Source: Fidelibacterota bacterium (GTDB lineage: Bacteria; Fidelibacterota; Marinisomatia; SCGC-AAA003-L08; JACNLC01). From it: a DNA stretch of 64,000 bases. How positions within the stretch are numbered: the first letter of the stretch is position 1; the number at the start of each line of letters is the position of its first letter. The position numbers and the translations under genes were made by a program. Shown here in pieces: positions 19,283 to 28,411 of this stretch. Below the pieces are notes generated by a model. The model was not told the DNA's origin. It ran no database searches and was given only the letters and a program-made list of their open reading frames with translations. The stretch is from positions 21,260 through 85,259 of the forward strand of contig JACNLC010000040.1 in assembly GCA_014381725.1 (NCBI GenBank), written 5' to 3'.

Positions 19283-20994
19283 TATTGACCTTCTATCGTT
19301 GACCGAAGAACTTCATAAATTGTTGTTTCTCCGGATTTGATTTTTTCAATTCCTGCATCTCGAAGTTGGGTCATACCCATTTCTATTGCTTTTTCTTTTA
19401 TTGCTTCCTCATTTGCATTATCATAGATCAATCGTTTTATTGGAAGTGATACTTCTAAGATTTCGTGAATTGCTGTTCTTCCTTTATAGCCTGTAAATCT
19501 GCAGTGACTACATCCTTTACCTTGATAGAATTTCGTTTCACCTTTTGCAATTCCAATTCTCTTTAACTCTGAATCAGTTGGAGTGAATTCCTCTTTACAT
19601 TTTGGACAAATAAGCCGTACTAGCCGTTGAGCCATAACGAGGTTTAAACTTGATCCCAAAAGAAATGGAGGGATTCCGATATCCAATAATCTTGTTACGG
19701 TTGATGTAGCATCATTTGCATGAACAGTACTGAAGACTAAATGACCAGTTAGTGAAAATTTCACTGCAATATCAGCAGTTTCACTATCTCGAATTTCACC
19801 AATTAGTAAAATATCAGGATCCTGCCTGAGAATAGACCGCAATGAATGAGCAAATGTTAAACCTATATCTTCATTAACATGAACTTGATTTGTACCGGCA
19901 ACCTGATATTCAACTGGATCTTCAACAGTTGTAATATTTGTACCTTCTGATTGGATTTCCATCAACGATGCATACAATGTTGTAGATTTACCACTACCAG
20001 TTGGACCAGAAATAAGTACCATTCCATAGGGTTGATTAATCCACTTCCTGAAAATTTTCAGTTTGTCTTCAGGAAAACCCAAGTTTGTTAAAGATAGAGT
20101 TTTCTCACCCGAGCCAAGTAATCGTAGTACTACCTTTTCACCGTGGATTGTAGGAAGAATAGAAACTCGGACATCAATTTCTCTATCTCTCATTCTAATT
20201 TTCATACGACCATCTTGAGGAAGACGATGTTCTGCAATATTCAACCGAGCTAAAATTTTAATTCGGGCTACCATTCCATTTAGAGATGTCATTGGGGGTG
20301 ACATAATTTTCGTTAACACACCATCAATTCTAATTCGGACAATTACATTTTCTTTCCCTGGTTCTATGTGTATATCAGTTGAATCTTCCTGAATTGCCTC
20401 TAAAAGAATCAAGTTAACGAGTTTTACAAAAGGTGCATCCTCAGCAGATACTTCTTCTTCAGATAACAATAGTTCTTCTTGGTTATCTTCATCACCACTA
20501 ATGATACTAAGATTGGAAATTACATCTTCCACCTGACCAGATTGACGAACTGCTCCGTACTTCTTTTCTATAACTCGAGATAATGCAGATTGGCCGGCTA
20601 CCATTATTATCGGATTCAAACTTGTAATTTTTCGGATGCTATCCAAAATGGCCAAATCTTCAGGATCTTCCATTGCAATCAAGATGTTCGATTCTTTAAC
20701 ATTCAACGCAATTACATTATTCTCTACTGCAAAATCTTCAGGTACTAGTTGAACAACTTCAATAGGTGCGGTCATCATTTCTTCTTCAAGAATATGCTTA
20801 TGTCCTAGCTGAAGGGAATATGCTTTTACCAAATCGTTTTCTGAAATAACACCTTGTTTGATTAAAATATGACCAAGCTTTTCGTTAGATACTTTCTGTT
20901 CGCTTAAGGCATTTTCTAATTGTTCATTAGAAATAATTTCTTCGTGAACAAGAATATCACCTATTTTTTCAAACTGATGGTTAAAATTTGACAT
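19282..20994 (-). CDS. pilB: type IV pilus assembly ATPase (GspE/PilB family)
   Basis: 570 aa. Walker A GPTGSGKST; tetracysteine CPKC...CSHC; N-terminal T2SSE_N/MshEN-like tandem 24-aa motifs. Confidence 0.92.
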   Translation of the reverse strand: MSNFNHQFEKIGDILVHEEIISNEQLENALSEQKVSNEKLGHILIKQGVISENDLVKAYSLQLGHKHILEEEMMTAPIEVVQLVPEDFAVENNVIALNVKESNILIAMEDPEDLAILDSIRKITSLNPIIMVAGQSALSRVIEKKYGAVRQSGQVEDVISNLSIISGDEDNQEELLLSEEEVSAEDAPFVKLVNLILLEAIQEDSTDIHIEPGKENVIVRIRIDGVLTKIMSPPMTSLNGMVARIKILARLNIAEHRLPQDGRMKIRMRDREIDVRVSILPTIHGEKVVLRLLGSGEKTLSLTNLGFPEDKLKIFRKWINQPYGMVLISGPTGSGKSTTLYASLMEIQSEGTNITTVEDPVEYQVAGTNQVHVNEDIGLTFAHSLRSILRQDPDILLIGEIRDSETADIAVKFSLTGHLVFSTVHANDATSTVTRLLDIGIPPFLLGSSLNLVMAQRLVRLICPKCKEEFTPTDSELKRIGIAKGETKFYQGKGCSHCRFTGYKGRTAIHEILEVSLPIKRLIYDNANEEAIKEKAIEMGMTQLRDAGIEKIKSGETTIYEVLRSTIEGQ

Positions 20995-21007
20995 ATATCT
21001 CCGTTAT

Positions 21008-24000
21008 TTAATCACAATCATCATCACCTGAACGCACTAAAGTAATTTCAATCTGATTACTTGTAGTATTGATTGGATCCGTTAAAGTTACTAAAATAGA
21101 TGAAGTGAAATCCTCATACTCACATAAATCACAAGATGAAGGATTCCCTGTTGGGCAATCTTCTGGATTTTGTTCAGATAATAAATCGCGAGGATATCTT
21201 ATTGTCCAAGTTGCTTGTCCTGAAGGATCTGTAATAGCTGGATTGTCAGTCAATATCTCAGCTCCTGATGCAAGAAGTTGCACGGTCCCATTATCAATTT
21301 GATATTGATAGTAATCCATTAAAGAAACAGATATTGTAATATCTCCTGTGTATGTAACACCATTGTCATCTTGATTTGGAAATGTAGAATAATCCCAAAA
21401 TGCGAAATCTGTATTTGCAGTCAATTCACCAGGTTGGAAAGGTAAAGTAGTTGGCTCTCCGTTATGATTATACCTGCTATCCAATATCAAATACTCATTA
21501 TCTCCACTAAAAGTCTGAGCTTTAACAACAACATCAGCAAACATAGATGCTGAACTGTAAGTTGCTATTGTCCAAGCAATCCCCGGATAGGATAATCCAT
21601 CAACTGGGTTTGCATTTCCTGTTTTTGCTTCACCAATGATAAAAGCTGGTTGTTGAGCTTCACTCCAATAATCTGAGTCTGTTGGTGAATTACCAGTGTT
21701 ATCATCAACTAAACTGACATAAACAAGACTATCTGCTTCCGTTGTACCCCAATACGATTTATCACCTATAACATAAGTATTTGTTTCATTATAAACTCCA
21801 GAAATTTCAGAAATAGAGACCCAAACATTTGTGCAATCACTCACAGGATTTGAGTGTTCATCCCAAATGGAAATAGCAATTGGCATTTGATAAGCACCAC
21901 CACCTATCGCATTAATATCAACATAACTAAAGTTAATCTCTCCATATTCTGCTGCTCCAGTAACAATAGTTACCATTGCATCTTCTGCGATTGAAATAGC
22001 ATTATCTAAAGAATAATCCGTTTCATCTGCTTCAAATAGGGCTGCTTGTATATTCACTGATCCAGGTCTGTTACCTGAATTCAAGGAAACACTTGCTGTT
22101 CCATTTGAACTCTCAACAATTGCAATTGTTGTTGGATCGGTTTCCAATCCATTAAAATTGATATCATTAGTAAAATTACCGTCACCATTAGGATACATCC
22201 CATCTAGTGGATAAGGTGGAAGTATTTCGAATCTAACCTGATATGCTTGTCCAACAGGATTACCATAACCATCTTTAATTACTACAGATATATCTGTGCT
22301 TTCTTGACCTCCACCGCCTGTAACTTGGATTTCATTTGGATATGCTGGAATAATTTCCATTGTAACAGCATACGATGGATTCACACTAATATGAATTGTA
22401 TCTTTCAATCCCTGTGAATTCCCAATAATATAAGCTAGACCTGATGTCCCTGACATATTAAAAGTAGCAGATGCAGTTCCTTCATCCGAAAAAAAGCTGT
22501 ACGGATCAATCGAACCAAATGGTATTAGAATTCCTGAAGAATCTTTCATACTTTGAAAATGAATAACAGTATTCTCATCTGGAATATCTCCAAGTGAATC
22601 TACCATAGTTGCAGTAATATGAGCTGTTACACCATCTAATTGACCTAAATCATCATAAGGAAGATAATAGTGATCACTTTCTAGTGTTAATGAACTATTG
22701 GATTGGCTGTTTAACTTGAACTCAACAGATACTGTATCAGAAATTTCTATTTCTTCTTTAGTTATATAAGCTTTGATTTCTGCAACCCCTAAATCCATTG
22801 CAGTGGTTGATAGTGCAACCTGACATTTACCAATTTCATCTGTTAGTACATCATTGGGAACAATCAGGGCACCAAAAGCTGTCAAATTACTAAAATTCAC
22901 TTTAACATTTTCTACAGCATAACCTATTGAATCTCGTACAAATGCTGAAAACATAGTTGTGTAAGTTGAATCTAAATTACTATCTGATACTAAAACAATA
23001 TTGTCTGAATCATCAGAAATCAAAGTTATAGTTTGCACTTTCCCTTCAATAGGACTAATTAGTAATGTATCAGTAGTTTCTGCAATATTTCCAACTTCAT
23101 CTTCATATTTAGCTGTTATTTCTATATTTCCTGATTGACCATTATCTTTGTACTTGATCCTCATCTTGCCGTTTTCATCAGTCTGAGTATCAAGTTGTTC
23201 AATTTCACCTAGAGTTTGACTTTCATCCAAATTATTGTGCATAAAAATAATGGTCTTATTTGATAAAAATTGTCCCGCATCATCCTTTAATTCTGCAGTT
23301 AGCGTTACAGTTGTTAAGCCGTAATCAGCAAAAGTCTCATCTTCGCTTGAATCATGCGTCAAAGAAATTTCATAATCATACTCATTTAATTTGAACTCAA
23401 CAGATACAGTATCGGAAATTTCTGTGCTTCCACGATTTAATTCCAAATCAGAAAAATAATGAGTGTTATCTGGTAATGCCATAACTCTTTCTAATTCTTC
23501 TTTAGTAATATAAGCTTTGATTTCTGCAACCCCTAAATCCATTGCAGTGGTTGATAGTGCAACCTGACATTTACCAATTTCATCTGTTAGTACATCATTG
23601 GGAACAATCAGGGCACCAAAAGCTGTCAAATTACTAAAATTCACTTTAACATTTTCTACAGCAAAACCTAGTGAATCTCGTACAAATGCTGAAAACATAG
23701 TTGTATAAGTTGAATCTAAATTGCTATCTGATACTAAAACAATATTGTCTGAAACATCAGAAATCAAAGTTATAGTTTGCACTTTCCCTTCAATAGGAAT
23801 AATTAGTAATGTATCCGTAGTTTCTGCAATATTTCCAACTTCATCTTCATATTTGGCTGTTACTTCAATATTTCCTGATTGACCGTTATCTTTGTACTTG
23901 ATCCTCATCTTTCCGTTTGCATCAGTCTGTGTATCAAGTTGTTCAATCTCACCGAGAGTTTGACTTTCATCCAAATTATTGTACAGAAAAGTAATGATTT

Positions 24001-24223
24001 TATTCGATAAAAATTGTCCAGCATCATCCTTTAACTCTGCAGTTAGTGTTACAGTTGTAACGCCGTAATCAGCAAAAGTCTCATCTTCGCTTGAATCGTG
24101 TGTCAAAGAAATTACATAATCATACTCAGGTGAGGTTGGAGTACGAGTATCGCAAGTCCAACTTAAAATTAGAATACTTAATGTTAACAATATCCATAAA
24201 CTGTGAAAAATTACTTTCCTCAT
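21008..24223 (-). CDS. 1071-aa putative lipoprotein with multiple bacterial Ig-like (Big) domains, embedded in the pilus operon
   Basis: Signal peptide ending LILSWTC. Repeated about 90-100 aa beta-sandwich-like units (TVTLTAELKDDAGQFLSNK..., NVKVNFS..., ISVVIKDGYGNPV..., AISIWDEHSNPV...). Sits between pilQ (17-nt gap) and pilB (13-nt gap). Confidence 0.7.
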   Translation of the reverse strand: MRKVIFHSLWILLTLSILILSWTCDTRTPTSPEYDYVISLTHDSSEDETFADYGVTTVTLTAELKDDAGQFLSNKIITFLYNNLDESQTLGEIEQLDTQTDANGKMRIKYKDNGQSGNIEVTAKYEDEVGNIAETTDTLLIIPIEGKVQTITLISDVSDNIVLVSDSNLDSTYTTMFSAFVRDSLGFAVENVKVNFSNLTAFGALIVPNDVLTDEIGKCQVALSTTAMDLGVAEIKAYITKEELERVMALPDNTHYFSDLELNRGSTEISDTVSVEFKLNEYDYEISLTHDSSEDETFADYGLTTVTLTAELKDDAGQFLSNKTIIFMHNNLDESQTLGEIEQLDTQTDENGKMRIKYKDNGQSGNIEITAKYEDEVGNIAETTDTLLISPIEGKVQTITLISDDSDNIVLVSDSNLDSTYTTMFSAFVRDSIGYAVENVKVNFSNLTAFGALIVPNDVLTDEIGKCQVALSTTAMDLGVAEIKAYITKEEIEISDTVSVEFKLNSQSNSSLTLESDHYYLPYDDLGQLDGVTAHITATMVDSLGDIPDENTVIHFQSMKDSSGILIPFGSIDPYSFFSDEGTASATFNMSGTSGLAYIIGNSQGLKDTIHISVNPSYAVTMEIIPAYPNEIQVTGGGGQESTDISVVIKDGYGNPVGQAYQVRFEILPPYPLDGMYPNGDGNFTNDINFNGLETDPTTIAIVESSNGTASVSLNSGNRPGSVNIQAALFEADETDYSLDNAISIAEDAMVTIVTGAAEYGEINFSYVDINAIGGGAYQMPIAISIWDEHSNPVSDCTNVWVSISEISGVYNETNTYVIGDKSYWGTTEADSLVYVSLVDDNTGNSPTDSDYWSEAQQPAFIIGEAKTGNANPVDGLSYPGIAWTIATYSSASMFADVVVKAQTFSGDNEYLILDSRYNHNGEPTTLPFQPGELTANTDFAFWDYSTFPNQDDNGVTYTGDITISVSLMDYYQYQIDNGTVQLLASGAEILTDNPAITDPSGQATWTIRYPRDLLSEQNPEDCPTGNPSSCDLCEYEDFTSSILVTLTDPINTTSNQIEITLVRSGDDDCD
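22700..24126 (-). repeat. in-frame tandem duplication, period 744 nt (248 aa), two copies, second slightly shorter
   Basis: Identical strings recur at an offset of exactly 744 nt. For example, taagctttgatttctgcaacccctaaatccattgcagtgg occurs at 22767 and 23511, and cttcgcttga at 23341 and 24085. The protein copies differ at about a dozen of about 210 aligned residues by manual comparison. Confidence 0.9.
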
Positions 24224-24240
24224 TTTACTTTCTCCTTTTT

Positions 24241-25668
24241 CTATTTATCAGAATTAGAATCAAGAGAATTTTGTTTTTCGTTTTCCTCTTGAATATCTGT
24301 TTCGTAATTTTTGTGTATTGAGTTCTTAACAATACCTGACTCATTGCCAACTACTATTGTTGGAGTTATCTGAATAATTAAATCAGTTTTATTCTCAATT
24401 TCAACTGTATGTGTAAATAATTTTTTTCCAAGCCATGGAATTCTCCATAACAGTGGAAATTTGTTTTCTACAAACTTATTATCAGCTCCCAATAAACCAG
24501 CAATAATAATTGAATGTCCATCTTTTACTCTAATAGTAGTAGTCGATGTTCGTTTTTTAACCCATGGAATATTTCTGTCTGGTCCAATAAAATCATAAAT
24601 TGAACTAACCTCAGGTGTTACAGTCGTTGTTATATGGCCATCTGAATTTACAGTTGGTAAAATATTTAACTTGATACCTACTTCTTCCCTTTGGACTTGA
24701 ACTTGCCCACCAACTCCTCCGCTTGAAAGAATGTACGGAACCACATCTACCATTGAAATATTAGCTTCCCTACCATTAAGTGTTACAATTTGAGAATTAG
24801 TCAGTACTTTTGCTTTATTGTTTTTCAGAAGAAAATCTAAAGTTAAATCGAATGCAGTTAACTGCCTGCTAAACCCGATTTGTGCAGAAGGATCAATCCT
24901 CTGAAAATACAATTCGCTTGGGATTTGCCCAGTTGTCATTGGATCAAATTCCTGTGAGAATGTACCATCGCCATTATCAGTTATCCCTAAACCAGGTACA
25001 AGAGAGCCCCAACCAGAATTTGGCGGGATAGCGTTTTCAGCAATTATCGTTGTTAAACTTGCTAGTTTTGCCCAGTCAATTCCAAGTTTTTCTTCATCTG
25101 ATACAGATACTTCAATAAGTCTAGCTTCAAGCATTATTTGGGTTGCTGGTACATCTACATTTTCTATAATTTCTTTTATCTCTGCAATTTTCTTAGGACT
25201 TGCATGAATCAATAATTTATTACCTGATTTATCAACTTCAATTTGTTCAGAGATATTCACGAGTAATTCTTTCACTTCCATAGCATTTGCATATTGTAGT
25301 GTTATCACATGCGAAGTAATTCCGACTTCTTCTCTTAATTTTGAATGTTTTGCAACCAAAATTGAATTACCTACAATTTCATAACTTAACCCAGCTGCAC
25401 GAACAACAAGATTGATTGCTTGGTCAACAGGTACATCTTCTAGATGTAAGGTTAATTTTTCTTCAGTATTTACTCCAGGTCCAGTAACAATATTGTATCC
25501 ACTTTCTTCTGCTAGAATCGATAGTATAAGTGGGATGTGAGAATCTTCAGCATGGATTGTTACTTTTTTCTCTACAGTATTTGATTGTTGTACCTTTCCT
25601 GTTTGAGCAGAATCTGTAGTTGAAAACAGCAATGCAGTAAATGTAATTACAAATAGTATTTTTTTCAT
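24241..25668 (-). CDS. pilQ: type IV pilus secretin
   Basis: 475 aa. Signal peptide, N0/N1-like region, C-terminal secretin domain (VLTNSQIVTLNGREANI..., IIIAGLLG...FPLLWRIPWLGKKLF). Confidence 0.88.
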   Translation of the reverse strand: MKKILFVITFTALLFSTTDSAQTGKVQQSNTVEKKVTIHAEDSHIPLILSILAEESGYNIVTGPGVNTEEKLTLHLEDVPVDQAINLVVRAAGLSYEIVGNSILVAKHSKLREEVGITSHVITLQYANAMEVKELLVNISEQIEVDKSGNKLLIHASPKKIAEIKEIIENVDVPATQIMLEARLIEVSVSDEEKLGIDWAKLASLTTIIAENAIPPNSGWGSLVPGLGITDNGDGTFSQEFDPMTTGQIPSELYFQRIDPSAQIGFSRQLTAFDLTLDFLLKNNKAKVLTNSQIVTLNGREANISMVDVVPYILSSGGVGGQVQVQREEVGIKLNILPTVNSDGHITTTVTPEVSSIYDFIGPDRNIPWVKKRTSTTTIRVKDGHSIIIAGLLGADNKFVENKFPLLWRIPWLGKKLFTHTVEIENKTDLIIQITPTIVVGNESGIVKNSIHKNYETDIQEENEKQNSLDSNSDK

Positions 25669-25693
25669 TTTATTCCTATATCCTATAAATTAG

Positions 25694-26206
25694 TTAGTTA
25701 TTATTTTGATTATTTGGTTGAAGCGAATATTCTTTAATTTCTCCATCGGTCAATATTTCTACTTCATCATTTGAGATGGAAGTAATAATACCACCAGCAA
25801 TTGAATCTCCCTTTACTACAGAAAATACTTGGTTACGATAGTGAACAATAGCTCTTGGTGTTTGCCCACTGACAATTCCTGATATTCTTAAAGCACTATA
25901 AGTATAGTATGAACCTAAACTACTTTTATCGATTGAAATTACAGCTGACAAATCTGTTGGATATTTGTTAATTTTAAAATCAAATTCATGTCGATTTTGT
26001 AGATTATTTTCTAAAGATATAATCTGTTTTTGGAGGATATCGTCAGTACCGATTATTTCCTCATCGTATGATTTTCTAAATTCTTTATGAACTGTGTGCA
26101 TTGAATACATTTGATAAATCCCATAGTATCCAATTATAATTATTGAAAATATTAAAACTACATCCCACACAAATTTATCTCTCTTTGACATCATAATATT
26201 ACCCAC
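25694..26206 (-). CDS. PilP-like pilus assembly protein
   Basis: 170 aa. N-terminal TM anchor and C-terminal small beta-domain (AIVHYRNQVFSVVKGDSIAGGIITSISNDEVEIL). Position between the pilO-like gene and pilQ. Confidence 0.5.
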   Translation of the reverse strand: MGNIMMSKRDKFVWDVVLIFSIIIIGYYGIYQMYSMHTVHKEFRKSYDEEIIGTDDILQKQIISLENNLQNRHEFDFKINKYPTDLSAVISIDKSSLGSYYTYSALRISGIVSGQTPRAIVHYRNQVFSVVKGDSIAGGIITSISNDEVEILTDGEIKEYSLQPNNQNNN

Positions 26207-26756
26207 TGTGTTTATTTAGTGTTAAAGTTGATATTTTCATTTCTATAATCTGTTCCATCAGTTCTTCTGGTGAACTGGCTAAAGATATTCTTTCTATCCC
26301 GTTTTTTACTTTATATTCATCAATCACAATAATTCTATTGTGCCTTTCTAGTTCAGTTATGAATTTCCCAAACTTATCAAATGAACATTCAATTGTTAGT
26401 TCATAAGGTATTTTTGTATGATTGCGAAATTTCTCCTTTGCATCAGGGGCCAGATGAATTGTTTTTATTTCGAGGGTTTCCAAAATATCAGTAAGATGAT
26501 TCAAAAATATAACCGACTCCTCTTTTTTAACCGCATCTTGAGATGAAGTTGCTAGATTATTTTCAAAAATAGTATAAACTCGGTTTAAGCTTTCTGACAA
26601 TATCTGTGCTGTAATCAGTTTTTCATTTGCTTTTATTTGTTCATCTTCTAAGTCCATCAGAATGTCAGGTTTTGGGTCAAAACCATACGATTTGATAATT
26701 TTGAAAGACAACATTGCTAGTACAAGAATACTAAACAAATATATACTTCTTTTCAT
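26199..26756 (-). CDS. PilO-like pilus assembly protein
   Basis: 185 aa; N-terminal TM plus coiled coil plus ferredoxin-like tail. Assigned mainly by synteny in the pilM-N-O-P-Q order. Confidence 0.5.
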   Translation of the reverse strand: MKRSIYLFSILVLAMLSFKIIKSYGFDPKPDILMDLEDEQIKANEKLITAQILSESLNRVYTIFENNLATSSQDAVKKEESVIFLNHLTDILETLEIKTIHLAPDAKEKFRNHTKIPYELTIECSFDKFGKFITELERHNRIIVIDEYKVKNGIERISLASSPEELMEQIIEMKISTLTLNKHSG

Positions 26757-26762
26757 CCTATA

Positions 26763-27347
26763 TTATTTCCTTCTATTATTGTTTTCTTGTTTAGCTTCAA
26801 CCTGAAACAGTAAGTATTCCTGTTCTCTTGTTGTTCTTCTATCAGAGCTTTTAAACTGGATTTCCGGAAAATCTCTCGAAAATAACTCATTATTAGTTAA
26901 TAGATTGATTAATTCATTCACAACATCAAAGTCTTTTTTGTCTGAATAAACTCTAGATATTGCGGTAATTATCAACCGATTATTTCTAAACTCCAGCTCT
27001 GTAATAGCCATATGTTCTGGAGTTATATTTGCTATGATTTTTAATTTTTCGGCCCAAAGAATCCGATTAGTTTCAATTTTGTGCAAGGATTCAATATCTT
27101 TTTTTGATAAATTGATGCCTTCTTTTTTCAGAGCATTCGACTGATCAATCACATCTTCAATGCGGTTTTCTCTAAGATTTACAAGTGTAGATAAATTTTG
27201 TGAAATGTAATAATACCCGTAAGATATTCCTATCATCACAATCAATATAAAACCAAAGATTATCCAGCGAGTTCTTTCCTTTTTTTGTTCTGAAAGCAAT
27301 TCTCTGTTAACTGTTTGGTTTAGATTTATGAGAATTAAATTTTTCAT
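26763..27347 (-). CDS. pilN: PilN-like pilus assembly protein
   Basis: 194 aa. Short cytoplasmic N-terminus (LILINLNQ), single TM, periplasmic coiled coil. 4-nt overlap with pilM. Confidence 0.6.
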   Translation of the reverse strand: MKNLILINLNQTVNRELLSEQKKERTRWIIFGFILIVMIGISYGYYYISQNLSTLVNLRENRIEDVIDQSNALKKEGINLSKKDIESLHKIETNRILWAEKLKIIANITPEHMAITELEFRNNRLIITAISRVYSDKKDFDVVNELINLLTNNELFSRDFPEIQFKSSDRRTTREQEYLLFQVEAKQENNNRRK

Positions 27348-28408
27348 ACTTTCTTCTCCAATCCTCTAATGGCAGCACCAACTGCTACTGTGTATTGAGT
27401 GGGATTTTCAATATTCAATTTATGATCAATCTTTTCACAAGGGTTTAGTATTTCGACAGTCATATTCAAATATTCACTTAACATCGCCTGTAAGCCAGGA
27501 AGAACTGCTGAGCCACCAGTAAGGAAAAAACGATTAAAATGAGTATTAGCACTTGATTTTAAGTAATACCTTAGTGTTTTTCGAATTTCATCACCAAAAC
27601 TAGCAAATATCGTTTTCTCTGCTATTTCTAATCCAAAAGAGGTAGAAGATTCAGAATCAATACTATTAGTATTTACAGCATCTACACCTTTTTCAAATTT
27701 CATTGTTTCCGCTTCGCTATAGCTAATTGAATGAGCTTCCATAATTGCTTTTGTAAAATGATGCCCAGCAGTTTGTAGCTCTCGAGTAAATATTCTTTGG
27801 TTAGATCCCCACACAATTAAAGTAGAAGAGTTGTTTCCCAAATTTAGAATCACATCTACACCATCAGAAGTTAAACCATTTAATGCTAAATAGACATTTA
27901 ATGCAGAAACTGGATCTGTATCAAAAACACCCGTTTTGAAACCAACATTCTGTATGATTTCATGATGTTGGTTCAATAATTTTTTTGTAGTAGCAACCAA
28001 AAGAACATTTATTTTATCTAGTTCTTTGGCATCACTCCCGATAATGTGATAATCCATTACTGCACTAGAACCATCTAATGGAATGTGTTTTTTGGCTTCA
28101 AATTCAAGAGATGAAATCAGTTCCTGATTTGACATTTCCAAAGTTGTAATTTGTTTAATACTCACAAAATTACCCGAAATGGAAGATACAACATTCTTAA
28201 TCCGTTTTGGGTTAATTTTCATCTCTTTACATAAATCTAAAATTGCAGCAACCCAATGAGATTTATCAATAATTTCAGGATCAAAAACATCCATTTCATC
28301 AATAATTCTACGATTTCCTGCATTGATTAATGTATAACCGGATGCGTTCTTTTCCAGTTGAACAATTTTAACGCTATAATATCCAAAATCAATTCCTAAA
28401 GCTGACAT
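27344..28408 (-). CDS. pilM: actin-like ATPase PilM
   Basis: 354 aa; ALGIDFGYYSVKIV phosphate-1 motif, FtsA/PilM-like fold signature. Confidence 0.85.
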   Translation of the reverse strand: MSALGIDFGYYSVKIVQLEKNASGYTLINAGNRRIIDEMDVFDPEIIDKSHWVAAILDLCKEMKINPKRIKNVVSSISGNFVSIKQITTLEMSNQELISSLEFEAKKHIPLDGSSAVMDYHIIGSDAKELDKINVLLVATTKKLLNQHHEIIQNVGFKTGVFDTDPVSALNVYLALNGLTSDGVDVILNLGNNSSTLIVWGSNQRIFTRELQTAGHHFTKAIMEAHSISYSEAETMKFEKGVDAVNTNSIDSESSTSFGLEIAEKTIFASFGDEIRKTLRYYLKSSANTHFNRFFLTGGSAVLPGLQAMLSEYLNMTVEILNPCEKIDHKLNIENPTQYTVAVGAAIRGLEKKV

Positions 28409-28411
28409 ATA

